Notes: a model not told the origin generated them from the sequence alone. A stretch of DNA of 64,000 bases from Octopus vulgaris (GCA_951406725.2 OX597827.1:63922001-63986000), one strand, 5' to 3'. Positions 12,514-26,535 are shown, numbered from the stretch's first letter. A program made the numbers and translations.

Positions 12514-13897
12514 TTTCTTGTGGTTTTCTCTGAGTCAAACTGTTTAATCTTTGCTGTTCATGTTCAAGTTCAGCTGTTTTAAGAACACTAGATATGATAC
12601 AAGTGTTAATAATGTGTCATACGTTGGCAGTGGGAATGGTGACAAATCCAACAACTGCTGATGGACTGACAGGTTTAACAGTTGAATTGAAATTTTTCAA
12701 TTTATGAACAACACCTTCACTTGTGTGGGATGACAAATGGACAACACCAGATGAATTTTTAGTTAGAATACCATTAATACCTGCTGCAATCTTAATGAAT
12801 AATTGTTTATGGACAGGTTAAGAATTGAGAATATTTACTTTTTTTGAGTTAATGTGTCAATTGTGGTACCCCCGCCTGATAATATAAAATATATTAAAAT
12901 ATATCAATATTGTCTGGTTGCTTGTATTTATTAAAACTGTCGCACCTCAAGTCCCTCACAAAATCACACACGTTCTGCAACTGGGATTCTGTGAAGATTC
13001 GTCTGCTATTTCCAGAGAATTATGGGGAAACCAAAGTGGTTCACTTAAGAAAGCAGAAATTACGAGAACAGTGGTTAGTAAGTGCTAGGTGATTAATATT
13101 TTGTCAGAACAGTAATAGGAGCATATGTGCATTTACAAGGGTATAAAGATCGTGAAATACAAACAAACATATTATTGTAACGTTGAAAGAGATAGAAGGC
13201 TATTGTTTAGTATTTATGACTTTCAATGTTACATATCATATACAATACTTTCAGCAAACTATAACATTTTATTAAATATATCATTGTATAGAACTTTTTA
13301 ACTGACATACAGTTATTAAGGAGTTGCTTCTGATGTTCACAGGACAGTGGAGTCTTTTTTTTTTTTTCGGGGAATCTTTAATTGCCCTTGTTTCTAAATA
13401 TAAGAATAGCATTGTTATCTTGTTGGATAGCCATTAATTCTCAGGTTATTTTTGTATGTCACTTTGACATTTGCAGTAGGTGGCAGTGTAGTTGCATATA
13501 AACATTTTCCTTTGTCAAAGTGATAAGTTCTTTCGGTTTTTCTTTTTTCTGACCTAGTTAATTTTTTTTTTTTCTGCGTGAGCAGAGAAAAAGAGTAAGT
13601 CGATACAGAAACATGTTATCAGCATAAGTAAAACAGTGTGAAAAAACAAAATGCGACAGACACATTGCATGGTATGTTCGTTTACACATGCATAAATTTC
13701 TCCTGAAACAGTTGACAAAAAAAAGTATTAAGCCCTCACCAGAAAACTCGATATGCTAAAAATAAGAGTTAAATGTCCGAAAATGTTTTTTTCCTCGGCT
13801 TAACAACACTTTTTTTGGTAAATTTAAGCCTGGTAATCATTTTCTTGCTGTATTTTAGTGAACCCTTAAGTTAGAGGAATACACACATACATATACA

Positions 13898-13945
<48 letters not shown>

Positions 13946-14027
13946 ATAATAAATATTAGGGAATAAATCCAAATTTACAGGGAAAAATCAGATTTAGGAT
14001 TGAATCCAATTTTATAGTAAAATATAA

Positions 14028-14238
14028 TATAATATTAATTAGAGACAAAACCACTATTATGCAAATCAAACAAAGAAAGACTTAATCCAATACATAAAAA
14101 AATTTATATAAATTATATATTAATTATATTTAATTTATATAAATTATATATTAATTATATTTAATTTATATAAATTTTTTTATGTATTGGATTAAGTCTT
14201 TCTTTGTTTGATTTGCATAATAGTGGTTTTGTCTCTAA

Positions 14239-14248
<10 letters not shown>
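14028..14248. repeat. Long near-perfect inverted repeat (~85-bp arms, AT-only spacer)
   Basis: ataatattaattagagacaaaaccactattatgcaaatcaaacaaagaaagacttaatccaatacat... is mirrored by ...atgtattggattaagtctttctttgtttgatttgcataatagtggttttgtctctaattaatattat. Confidence 0.9.
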
Positions 14249-14264
<16 letters not shown>

Positions 14265-14277
<13 letters not shown>

Positions 14278-15279
14278 TGAGAATGTGTGTCTGTCTGTCT
14301 GTGTGTTTCCCTAAAACTTGAGAACTACACAACTAATTTCATTCAAATTTTACACATGCCTTACTTAGGGTCCATGTAGTTTCATGGGCAAAAAAATGTT
14401 CAACTTCTTGCCTAGAGCGAGCCCATAGCAATATCATATCTTCTCCACTATTTCAGTATTACGTGTTAAAAGTGAAACAAAAACGTTTCTCTATTTTATG
14501 TCAGATACTTTCACGTTAACAATAAAAATAATAATAACAATTGAATTATATGTAGTAAGTAATAATTAAAATCAAACTAAAGTAACATGACAAAAGTAAA
14601 AATAGCAATTGGTATAAAATTGCATCAATGATTTGAACTTGAATAAGTGTTTTCACATGAATGGGAATAAATTAAAAATAAAATTAGCGTGCAGAAATTG
14701 AATAGTCCAGATGGATAATAAAAAATTAAATTAAAGAAAAGACTATATAAAGTATACAATGTAGAGAAAAAAGAAGATTTGAACACATGGAGGAAAGCAC
14801 CTTCGAAAAGTGTCTTGGTGCGACTATGAAAGGTATGTAATCAGAGGCGGTAAATTCGCCACAATAGAAGCAAGGTTCGAGTCAACGGAGCGTGCAAGGG
14901 AGTACTCGACTTGAACTTGCAAAGTGGAAATATTTTATTTTTACCTTTATATCTGGGATGTAGGACGTCCCGGAAAAAAATTTAAAATGCCCCCACCCCA
15001 CCCCAGAAGTAGAGGAAGGCTGGATTGTAGCCACACTTCTATACAAGAGGGAGGACAAGATACAATTGATCGAAATTACAAGAGACAGGCTAACAATTCC
15101 AGTCTGTTATATATTTTGTGTATTGTTATCACTAGCGATATCAAGATATAACTTTGTATTTTGTATTTTATGTGTAGATGTATATATATAGATGTACATG
15201 TAATATGTACACACATATATATACACATATATACATGCACTAGCACTATGACCTGGCAACGATGGATCTTTAATGCTAG
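14265..15279 (+). mobile_element. Non-autonomous Helitron-like element
   Basis: Starts tatatataaaactgagaatgtgtgtctgtctg and ends with a degenerate hairpin plus CTAG|T (15276-15280); paralog of 10945-11633. Confidence 0.7.
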
Positions 15280-15314
15280 TATATATATATATATATACTG
15301 TATGTGTTCCTGTA

Positions 15315-15345
<31 letters not shown>

Positions 15346-15498
15346 AGTGCAGGAGTGGCTGTGTGGTAAGTGGCTTGCTTACCAACCATGTGGTTCTGGG
15401 TTCAGTCCCACTGCATGGCACCTTGGGCAAGTGTCTTCTGCTATAGCCTCGAGCCGACCAAAGCCTTGTAGACAGAAACTGAAAGAAGCCCATCGTAT

Positions 15499-15532
<34 letters not shown>

Positions 15533-17379
15533 GTGTATATGTATTATGTTATCAACATCGTTCAACGTCCACTTTCCATGCTGGCATGTGTTGGACAGTT
15601 TGACTAAGGAATGGCAAGCCAGGAGGCTGCACCAGGCTCCAATCTGATCTAGCAAGGTTTCTTCCTAACGCCAACCACTCTGAGAGTGTAGTGAGTGCTT
15701 TTTACAGTTGGGCAGCACTGGCCTCGACCACACTCAAATGGACCTTTTTACGGGAGCCAGTCAGGTAGCGCAATGACCATGTTCAAATGGTGTTTTTCAT
15801 ATGTGGTACTGGCATCAGCCATGTCAACAATTTCACTTGACTCAACAGGTCCTCTCAAGCACAGCATATTGCCCAAAGTTATGTGCGCCAGTTATGTGAT
15901 TATATATATAGCTTGTGAAGGCATATGGCTTAGCGGTTAGGGTGTTGTACTTACGATCGCAAGATCATGGGTTTGATTCCCAGACTAGACGATGCATTGT
16001 GGTCTTGAGCAAAACACTTCTTTTCACATTGCTCCTCAATAATTTCGACATCTGACATTTGGCACCCTTTGCACCTGTACAGGTAATGTCGATCTGATGG
16101 AGGGAGTGAGCTTATGTCTACGCAAACATTTGATCACTATTAACAAATCATCTGTGTGGTTGTTCAGTAAGAAATTGTCAAACCCTCATACTTCGTCTAA
16201 CGATAAGAGAGTCCATCATTTCAATTACTGATTCCTGATTCCTCTCTCAATTCTGCTTCACTTACTTTGGCTCTCTCTCTCTCTTTCTCTCCCCCTTTCT
16301 CTCTCTCTTCTGTCTGTTTCTCTCTCCCTCCCTCTCACTCTCTCTCTTTCTCTTTCTCTCAAACATTCTCCTCTTTTAGTAACCTCTTGTAGTTGCATTG
16401 CCATGCTTCATTCTTCTCGATACACACTCTAAGACGGCAAGCTGGCAAAGTTGTTATCACGCCAGGCAAAATGCTTAGCAGTATTTCACCCATTGCTATG
16501 TTCTGAGTTCAAATTCTGCTGAGGTCGACTTTACCTTTCATCCTTTCAGAGCCAATAAATTAAGTACCAGTTACACACTGGGGTCAATGTAAATGACTTG
16601 TCCCCACCCTCAAAATTTCAGGCCTTGTACCTATAGAAGAATGGATTATGTATACATACTTTTCACCAGTGTACCATATCCATACAGGCAGAAAATTTGC
16701 AATGCAAAACACTTCACATTTCTGATCTTTAAATTTCAAAACTTAGTAAAATACTTATTTTCAGCCTGTCTCCTTGTTAATTACACCTGCCATTTAGCTT
16801 CGCTTCTAGCTACCTAGTAATGTTCTTTATTTCTTGCCTTTTCTTCCATTCTTTCCAGGCCTGACTCTTTGCTTTTTTATGGTTCTGTTTACCATCTCAT
16901 TTCACAGATCTGGTCCATGGTTCAGTTGCTTTCTACATTATATGGTTCCATCTCCTCTTGTACTACTTAGAATTTATGACTGCCTAAGAAATACTTCAGC
17001 TTCCAATCTGTCCTTCTGGGTGGAGGGCAACTGCATGCTCACTCAACTTGCTGGAAATTGCAGCCTAGTGTCCCTCAAAAAAAAAAACCTTACTAGTTTA
17101 ACAAAGAAAAGATGATACATCTGATAATGTAATCAAACACAGACAAGGCAGGATGGTCAAACTTGGAACACCTCTGATTATAAGGTTAAACAAAACCAAC
17201 AAATAGTTGATTGAAAATATATTTGTGTGTCTGTTGGTCAGTTTCTCGATCTCTTTCTCTCTCTCACTCTCTTTCCCTCTACATATGCCAGTATAACTAG
17301 TTTCTTTTTTTGCTGTTGTTGTTGATTTTAATGTAATATCCCTATTTTTTTTCATCTAGAAATTTCCTAAAGCATTAAA

Positions 17380-17664
17380 ATGTCATGGTTTTTGATTGTG
17401 TGTGGAGTTTCAGCTGCTATAGCAATATATACTGTACTAGCTGCAAATCGAGAGCAACCGAGACGGTATGACCCACAGGAATTGTATGCGGTACGGGAGC
17501 CATATGAGCAAAGAACTTGTGTGACGTTTAATGAGAAAAATGTCAGTCGAGAGGCATATATCAATATATCCACTGCTTGTAGAACTGAAAGAAATGGAGT
17601 CATTCAAAGACGAAGGAATGTAAATGGTGCAAGTGGGTTAGTGGAGTATATTATTAACACTTGA
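17380..17664 (+). CDS. Small protein (~94 aa) with N-terminal signal peptide/anchor; coding exon of paralog copy 1
   Basis: Polypyrimidine acceptor tttttttttcatctAG (ending 17359) 20 nt before an ATG in aaaATG context; non-repetitive ORF MSWFLIVCGVSAAIAIYTVLAANREQ...; same layout as 40989-41303. The C-terminus may be spliced (possible donors at 17633 or 17637) to the exon at 20276. Confidence 0.6.
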   Translation: MSWFLIVCGVSAAIAIYTVLAANREQPRRYDPQELYAVREPYEQRTCVTFNEKNVSREAYINISTACRTERNGVIQRRRNVNGASGLVEYIINT

Positions 17665-17673
17665 TTATCTTTA

Positions 17674-18950
17674 AGCCAGTGAGCTGGCAAAATCGTTACT
17701 GTGCCAGGCCAAGCAAAATGCTTAGCAGTATTTCATCTGTCTCTATGTTCTCTGTTCAGATCCACCAAGGTTGACTTTGCCTTTTATCCTTTTGGGGTTG
17801 ATAAAATAAGCACCAGTTGAGTACTGGGGTTAATTAATATAATTGACTACCCCTTGCCACTATAGTAGAAAGAATCATCATCATCATCATCATCACATTC
17901 GCGACAACCACCATCACCATCATCATCATCATCATTAGCTGGGCAGGCAGAATTGCTAGCACACTGGAGGAAATGCTTAGCGGTATTCTATCCGTCGCTA
18001 CGTTCTGAGTTCAAATTCCGCTGAGATTGATTTTTGTCTTTCATCTTTTGGTGGTCGATAAATTAAATACCAGTGAAACACTGGGGTCGATGTAATCAAC
18101 TCATCCCCACCTTCCCCAAGCTACTCTTGTGGGAAAAATTTGAAATAATTATTATTAGGGCAGTGAACTTGCAGAATTGTTAGCACACTGGGCGAAATGC
18201 TTAGCAGTATTTCATCTGCCTTTATGTTCTGAGTTCAAATGACGTTGGGGGTCAACTTTGCCTTTCATTCTTTTGGGGTCAATAAATTAAGTACCAGTGA
18301 AACACTGGAGTTGATGTAATTGACTTGTCCTCTCCCCCAAAATTTCAGGCCTTATGCTTTATAGAAAGGATTGTTGTTATCATCATTATTATTATTATTA
18401 TTATTATTATTTATTAAGGCAGTAAGCAGGCAAAATCATTAGCATGCCAAGCAAAATGCTCAGCGGTATTTTGTCTGTCTTCGTGTTCTGGATTCAAATG
18501 CTGTCGGGGTCGACTTTACCTGACATCCTTTTGGGGTTGATAAAATAAGTACCAGTTATGCACTGGGGTCGATGTAATCGACTCATCCCCTCCCCCAAAA
18601 TTGCTGCCCTTGTGACAAAATTTGAAACCATCATTATTATTACAAAGGCATGAAGCTGGCAGAATTAAGACATCTGGCAAAATGCTTAATGGCATCTTAT
18701 CTGTCTTTACATTCAATGAAGGGCAGAGATCACATTCTGCCAAGGTGGACTTTACCTTTCATATTTTGGGGGCTTAATAAAATAAATGCCAGTTGAGTAC
18801 TGGGTTCAATCTAATTGACTATCTCCTCCCCCAAATTTCAGGCCTTGTGCTTTTAGTAGAAAGGATTATTATTATTATTGAGCACTGGGGCTGGTGCAAT
18901 TGACTTACCCTTCCGCCAAAATTGCTGGCCTTGTGCCAAAATTTGTGACC
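17674..18950 (+). mobile_element. Tandem cluster of about 6 co-oriented, diverged family B SINEs
   Basis: Repeated gagctggcagaa...ttctgagttcaaatt...gcctttcatccttttggggt...ataaa..aagtaccag units separated by (ATC)n/(ATT)n tails. Confidence 0.8.
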
Positions 18951-19048
18951 AATGTTAAAATTCATTTTCAATATGGGCACAAGAGCACTAATTTGCATCA
19001 TCATTTGGTGTTTTAAAGTCTTTGTGTTACCATCATCTTTTTATCTTT

Positions 19049-19452
19049 TATCTTTTACTTGTTTCAGTCATTAGACTGCGGCCATGCTGGGGCACTTCTT
19101 TGGAGAATTTTTTAAGCAAATGAATCAACTCCAGGACTTACTTTTTGTTTAACCTGGTGCTTGTCTTATCAGTCTCTTTTGCTGAACTGCTAGGTTTCAG
19201 GGACATAAACACACCAACACTGGTTGTCAAGCAGTGGTGAGAGATGAAAACTGACACAAACATGCTCACACACACACACGCATACACACACACACACACA
19301 CACACAGAGGCTTTTTCCAGTTTCCATTGACCGAATCCACTCACAAGGATTTTGTCAACCCAAGGCTATATTAGAAGATATTTACCCAAGGTGCCATGCA
19401 GTGGGATTGAACCTGGAACCATGTGGTTGGGAAGGAATCTTCCTACCTGTGC
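19049..19452 (-). mobile_element. tRNA-derived SINE family A (CORE-like), diverged
   Basis: Reverse complement of the family consensus seen at 49153-49586. Confidence 0.8.
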
Positions 19453-20275
19453 CTGAAAATCGAATACAAAAATGGACAAAATTTTTTTTTTGTTCTTTTA
19501 TTTTAATAGACATACGTCATTCAAATAGATATGTCGATAAAGTAACTCTTCCTCTTTACAAAGGTGGTATTCAACATAGTTTCCATCACAACCAATGCAA
19601 TTATGTCACCATTAAATCCAGCTCTTGAATCCACTTTGGAAAAAATTCAAATGTGCACTGTTGTATGAGGTGCTCATACAACAGGAACTTTGCTCCAAAG
19701 TTCCTGATTTGGAGTATAAGAAAATACAGGAGGATCAGTTAATTATGATTTTATTCAACATATTCCCCTCTCAGATTCACACACTTACTGCAGTAGTCAT
19801 ACCCCTTTTTCTAAGCCCTAAATAACTTGTAAGTTTGGGCCTCCAGCCAGATACTTTTCAGCACCCACTCATACCCATATCTTCACAGCCACTTTCGCCC
19901 TGCCTGTGTCATCAAATCATGGTCTCTGAAGACTGCCTTTCATTGAACTGAAGAGACAGAAGTCAAAGACAGCTCTATATTTAAGAGACGAGGAATTATG
20001 TACATTATTTACTTTTGACAGATATTTGTCCTCATCTTGTTTGTTGTTAACACAACATTTTGGCTAATATACCCTCCAGCCTTTATCAGGTGTCTTGGGG
20101 AAATTTTTAACCTGGGTTCTCATTCCTAAGGTATTTTTCGATGTTATTATTATTATTATTATTATTATTATGATTTTTTTGTTTGTATTTTGATATTCTT
20201 CTCAGTATAACAACCACCTTTAATTTTAAAAAGATTCAGTTTCACATCTCTTTCTCGTTTTTTTTTTTTTTACAG

Positions 20276-20436
20276 ATCCTCTGTCAGCATACGAGAGTAG
20301 ATCAAATCCATTATATCTACAACAGACTCTTTAAAATTTAGGACAGAAATGAAGAGCAAAAAAAAAAAAAACCTTCCTTAATTATCTTATAAACTAATTT
20401 TCTTTGTGAAATGTTCAGTTGATTGTAATACATTTG
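20276..20436 (+). other. Putative downstream (last) exon of paralog copy 1; 3' end undefined
   Basis: Strong acceptor (T)n-tacAG ending at 20275. The unique sequence is paralogous to 34351-34520 (ttaaaatttagg.cagaaat...tgaaatgttcagttga.tgtaata). Confidence 0.5.
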
Positions 20437-20837
20437 CTCGCAGAAACGTTAGCACACCGGGCGAAATGCGTAGCCGTATTTCATCTGCCGCTACGTTCTG
20501 AGTTCTAGAACTGAAAAAAAATGAGCTCTAATTTGAATAAAATTATTATTAGTTTGATTTTGTTATTGTTTTTTTTCTTTTCTTTTCTATGTTTTTATTT
20601 TCATTTCATTTTATTAATTTTTTTTCTTTTTGATGATGTAACTCATTCAGAACCAGGCATTTACCTCAGTCTGGAATTTCCCCTCAAGGTTTTCACATCT
20701 TAGTTTGAATACATAGGTAGCAACACTTGAGACAGACATACAGCAACTGGAATACAGACAAATCTTGCTTGAAATTTTTCAATGTTCAAGAGGTGACTGG
20801 ACTCCAAAATCATAAAGTATTTTTTTTCTGTTTTTTC

Positions 20838-21059
20838 TTTTATTTGTTTCAGTTATTTGACTGCGGCCATGCTGGAACACCCCCTTTAGTCAAGCAAATC
20901 GACCCCAGGACTTATTCTTTGGAAGCCTAGTACTGATTCTATCGGTCTCTCTTGCCGAACTGCTAAGTGACAGAGACGTAAACACACCAGCATTGGTTGT
21001 CAAGCAATGTTGGGGGGACAAACACAGACACACAAACATATACATACATATATAGATAC

Positions 21060-21096
<37 letters not shown>

Positions 21097-21267
21097 TATA
21101 TGATGGGCTTCTTTCAGTTTCCATCTACCAAATCCACTCACAAGGCTTTGGTCAGTCCAAGGCTATAGTAGAAGACACTTGCCCGAGGTGCCATGCAGTA
21201 GGGGGACTGAACCAGGAACCATGTGTTTGGTAAGCAAGCTACTTACCACACAGCCACTCCTGTGCCT
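20838..21267 (-). mobile_element. SINE family A
   Basis: Full-length reverse copy of the family consensus. Confidence 0.85.
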
Positions 21268-21379
21268 ATGTATTTCTTTCAACAATGTAGGTTTTTTACA
21301 GAGATCCCTAGAGTTCATACTATTAAGACCTATTTCACTGGCTATTTCACCAAGGTTTTTGTGATTCACTACTATTAGA

Positions 21380-22440
21380 CATACAATGAAGCTAAAGAAA
21401 CTGTTGGCTTACATGCATATCTGATGCAAAAAAGATGACATCATGAGAACAGTTTCAAGTTTGCCCTGGGAAATGTATTCTCCAGCTTGCAAATTAGCAA
21501 AATTTTTCTTGCATCCAGTAATTTTAAGAGACCCAGCAGGTGGAAAAATTCCAATGCCAGAGGCAAGAGGGAGCTCATAGTGCATAGGATCCATAATTCA
21601 ACAGACGAATTGCCATGTAAAAGAGCTAGCACTTGCCTACCAGAGACAATAGATGCAGTGGGACCAGACACTCAAGCACCTGTTCTTCTGGAGGGAATTC
21701 CAGACATCCTACTAGGGGAAATTGTCCTTCCTCTTGTGTGCCATCACTAACTATTTACTAACCTTGAATAACTTTAAACTATAAGGTAAAAGAGAAGACC
21801 CATCTTGCGAGCAGTGAAGAGCAAGCTTTTGCACCTTGAACCACATTTTAACAGGATTCCCTAGGGCACAAAGAGAAGGTTGATACAAATAGAAGTATGA
21901 CAAGATCCTTACAGAAATCGCCAAATGGCGTGAACTGCAGAAAGTTAAGGCCAACAAAAAGCAGTCATCACCACCCATGGGTATCAGATTCCTAAAGGAA
22001 GTTGATGAGATTCATAAGATAGAAGCAACACTTTGAGATGTTTTTCTCTATATTGTATTCAACCTCACACTCAGAGATGCAAGTGGACTTGAAGATAGAC
22101 TCATTTCACCAGACATGTTCCTGCTATCCAGCAGCGCAAAATCAGTCATTGTGCTTCGAGAGGACAGGCTTGTCTTTTCTCACCAGCTGAAAAAAACCAA
22201 ATATCAGGATTTGATTAATGAGGTACTCGTCAAGGGATGGGTACACAGCCTTGTTCCCTACTGAAGTCAGCTGTCACAGTGTTCTAGCGTGGTCAGTGCA
22301 CTATTTCTCAAAGAAGATTGGTCTGGAATCCAGACATCTGAAAAAAGCCCTTAAGGAGATAGGCATGGCAGCTGAAACCAACACAAACTAATAGTGGTTG
22401 GCTAGAGATCACAGGCAGAACCCTTCTGCAGGGGAAGACT
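21380..22440 (+). pseudogene. HERO-like non-LTR retrotransposon fragment (CCHC region plus restriction-like endonuclease)
   Basis: Degenerate translation TLNHILTG...EG*YK*KYDKILTEIA...ISPDMFLLSSSAKSVIVL...KKTKYQDL...FPTEVSC follows the C-C-H-C / RHD / PD-D/E / K..KY layout of RLE LINEs. Confidence 0.7.
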
Positions 22441-23622
22441 AATTTAGTCTCTATTGCCCTATTCAGGCAAAGCATACAGGATAAGAGGTAAAATGCTTGT
22501 AACCCTGAGATGCCTGCTGATGATAAGAAAAGGTTTCTGATCTTCTGATGGATTCAGAAGAAGAGCATGCAATATCTCTGAGTAGCTCCTTCGGTTTCTG
22601 TGTGGGACCATGAATCTCTGATGTTTATTTCACCTATAGGTAAATATATGAGAGGGTGCTGGAAAGTTCCCAGCTTTGAGTAAAGGAAAATAATTACGAT
22701 TTTATTCAACATATTCCCCTCTCAGATTCACATGCTTACTACAGCAGAATTTGAACTCAGATCTTAAAGACAGATGAAATTCCACAAAGCATTTTACCCA
22801 GCATGCTAATGATTCTGTCGGCTTACCACCTTCACAGAGAGACATAATATTCTTTTCTACTCTAGACACAAGGCCTGAAATTTGGTGGGAGGGGGCCAGT
22901 TGATTAGATTGACTCCAATATGTAACTCATACTTAATTTATCAACCTCGAAAGGATGAAAAGCAAGGTCGGCCTCGGTGGAATTTGAGCTCAGAATGTAA
23001 TGCTGCTAAGCATTTCGCCCGGCAGGCTAACATTTCTACCAGCTCACCGCCTTACAACAGCAACAGCAATAATAATAATGATAATAATAATAATAATAAT
23101 AATAATAATTACCCAGATGCAGTACCAGGCAGTGGCTCTCATGGCTTCTGATCTTAACTGATTGAAAGTGATATCATGTACATTGTTTTGTCTTGGTATA
23201 AAAGATAGACTATAGCAAATATTCTGCTCAATATCACAGATTTGCTTGTCAGTTGATTGACCTTAACCAGTTGAGCATGACCCTTAGAGGCTGACGACAT
23301 GTGCATCTTTGATCACAAGCAGAAGTAGAGGGGGAGCATCATAGCCATGTGTTGAGAGGGATTCTTTGGGAGTTTGAATAATTCACCTCTGGAAACATGG
23401 GTGTTTCGTTCAACATCCTTAAACAACCCTTATTCAGGGACCTTTTGAGCAGGATGGGCTACTTGACCTGAAGAAAATTCTAACTGGGCCCTACCTGTAA
23501 GGTCATGTGCTGTTTATCTTGATATGAGATCACTATGTCACGCACATATGGTTGTGATGCATGTGCCTGGTGTACCGTTATCAGACGGGTAGTCACAATG
23601 GGTATACTGGGCTTCGTATATT

Positions 23623-23649
23623 ACAACAACAACAACAACAACAACAACA

Positions 23650-23720
<71 letters not shown>

Positions 23721-23723
23721 AAT
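23623..23723 (+). repeat. Compound (AAC)n(AGC)n(AAC)n microsatellite
   Basis: Directly visible. Confidence 0.95.
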
Positions 23724-24329
23724 AGAAAGAAAATCAATAATTCAAATAGTATGATGGTTTATACTAAACAAAGTAGCTGTAATAGGAATAATGAACCTAA
23801 ATGCATACAAAGAGGTTTTAGTAGTAATCCAGTTCATTCATGCTTGACTGCATTAACTGCTAGCTGTAGCTAAGCACCTGCTGTTAGTACCAGTGATTGT
23901 TTCCACATGCCTGTCCATACCATCATTAATATGATGCTCCCTAATAGGGTTAATGATGACCAAATTTCTGCTAGCTGATGCAGAAATCCTTTTGGGATTG
24001 ATAAAATAAAGACCAGTTGAGTACTGGGGTTGATACAATTAACGTAACCCCTACCCCAAAATTGCTGGCTTCGAGTCAAAATTTGAAGTCATTATTATTA
24101 TTATTATTTTCAGTTAATTTGTTAAGGATGAGAGGTTGACCTTGCCTTTCATCCTTTCAGGGTTGATAAAGTACTGGTGAACCATTGGGGACGATGTAAT
24201 TCACTAGCCCCCTCCTGCCAAATTTCAGCCTTGTGCCTGTAGTAGAAAGGACTACTACTACTACTACTACTATGACGACGACGACGATGATGGCAATGAC
24301 CACAGCTACATTTTAGGACTGTATTAGTT

Positions 24330-25560
24330 GTATCAGTAATTCACCTAGTGTTTATATTTCTAATTGATCCACTCAGATTATAATTTGAGGCTAACATAAT
24401 ATTACAGCTATCAAAAGCTGCCATTATAGTCCCTAGATTAGAAAGGGTAGAGTAAGAAATCGTAACTTTCCTTTTGCAAAATATTTTATGGTCCTTGTTG
24501 GAAAGAAGGGAGTTTTTTCTAATAAAAGGCATAACCTTTCAGAGATGTTAGTAGCGGTTGCAAAGTTCCTAGGTGAGTTAAACCAGATGTCATCATTACA
24601 TAATCTGTTTTGATTTCTTGCTGTACCGCATTTAGCCCAATAGTTTCTGTAGTTATTAGGTTGACAATAATCATGATCAGTGGTATTATTTGGACAGCCA
24701 CGAGTTCTCAGTTTATCTTTACTTTCATCTGTTGTAGTTTTATTACAAACAGCAATACCACAATAGTGCATATCCTGTTAGTCATTATTTGTTTCATTGC
24801 TGTGATTAACATTGTTATTACTACCATAATTATCATTTATAGGTTCACTAGTTGGGTTATTACAATTATTTCTTGGTACCCTTCCTATAGAATTTATCTT
24901 TTTTCTTAAATTTCCCCAGACCTCTAGTAAGACACTCATTATCATTAGGCATAGTGCAGCCAGTAGTTTTATCAATCACTGGACAAAATTCAATACTTTA
25001 CTTATAACCTACTCTAGACAGATCAAGTTGTAGTTATGAGCATATGCATTGAATATTTCTACACTAGCAAAAAGTTGAAAAATTCTAGTTGAAATACCTG
25101 TTATTGAAGACTTAATTACAAAAGAAGAATGGTTAGATAAGTGGTTTATATAGGTAGTAACTGCCAAAGGTTTTCTATAAAGGTAACAGAGGCCTAATTT
25201 AAGGTCCAGAGTAGCATGTAAGAAATTAGCACTCTTAGTTTTGTATTCAAAAGTTATTTCTAGATAATTCTTAAAGAAATTCCTGAGTTTTTTCCTAATT
25301 CTTTCAATAATATGTTGGTAGGAATTATGAATAAAACATCATCCATATACAGACCACTCTGTAGTATTGGAAAAATATATACCATCAAGATAAGTGTCCA
25401 GAGCAGAGTCACAAGCTTCCATTGTTATATCAAAATTATCTGGGGTATCACACCTAGTCCACAATTTACCCTTGAATTCTATAACCATTCATCTAGCTAA
25501 CAAAATAATATCGATTTGATCCTTAGAGAGGGAAGAATTATTTCTAGCATTTTCCACATA
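24330..25560 (-). pseudogene. Penelope-like reverse transcriptase remnant
   Basis: Minus-strand motifs in the expected order: GLYMDD (~25335-25355), YRKP....YI...SNH (~25125-25185), IWFNSP...TNI and HKIF...VTISYS..N (~24430-24595); many stops and frameshifts. Confidence 0.75.
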
Positions 25561-26270
25561 CACACTTTCTCATTGGTAATGCTTTTCTATGTAGGTACAT
25601 GAATGTATTTATTTATTCACTGCCGACTGCCAACACCTCTTGGTCCATCTCCTATGTTCCTGCCTTTAGGCTTTCACTTCGTACATGCAGTTTGCGCAAA
25701 AAAGCCAGCTGGCTTGAAATAATGCCACAAAATGCAGTATATTTAAGAGACCAAAAAAGTAAGAAGCAAAAGAGATATTTTCTTCAAACTTGGCATGAAG
25801 GAAGGAATGACTATTTGGTTTCTCAAGAATTTTTTTTTGCCTTAACTTCGTTTAACAAAACCAAAAATTTTATTGAAATAAAGGCATGCTTAATTATTTT
25901 TAATGGAAAGAAAACACTGATTGCTTTTTATTCAGCAGATATGATTCAGCACCGTCCATTGGATGGGGGGCATTTTGCTCGTATACATATATATATGTGC
26001 ACACACCACATGAAAAAGTACACCTCAACTGCTACACATACATGTTACACAGACACACACTCACACACACCATTCTAATAGACACACAAATGCTTGAGCA
26101 CATCTTGGGACTGCCAGCACTTTATTATCTTGCTTTCTTTCAACCTCTTTTTTTTTTTATTACCTTCTCCTTTTCTTTCAAACTTTTTTTCCAATCATTC
26201 GCCATGTTGGACTACTGAAATCTGTAAGATTTTTTTCATTCTCTCTCTGTTTATTTTCTCTGATTACTTT

Positions 26271-26535
26271 CTGATGAAGAGCATAGGCTCAAAGCATAAA
26301 AGATTTTTTTTATTTTCCAGAGCATCAAACTAATACACCTGCTTGTTGCTCATATGCCTGTCTTCGTCTTTTGTTTTTCTATAAATTTCAACTGTGTATA
26401 TATATATATATATATTTCCGGTCTTTCAAAATGTGACCTTGTGTGTACCGTTTGCGATTTTTTTTTCTCTGTCTTCCCTTCTCTGGATCTTTCCTTTTCC
26501 TATGTTTCTGACGAAGAGCTCCGCTCGAAATGTTA
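26271..26535 (+). ncRNA. Two Penelope-type minimal hammerhead-like motifs
   Basis: CTGATGA-agagc-atag-gctc-aaag at 26271 (GAAA box damaged) and CTGACGA-agagc-tcc-gctc-GAAA at 26508-26530. Confidence 0.55.

Noticed and set aside
12520-12900. Possible Helitron helicase remnant on the minus strand
   Set aside because: No diagnostic Rep/PIF1 motif could be read with confidence.
23535-23873. Poly-N/S ORF resembling a prion-like or polyQ protein
   Set aside because: Trinucleotide microsatellite at the end of an interspersed repeat; no splice or coding context.
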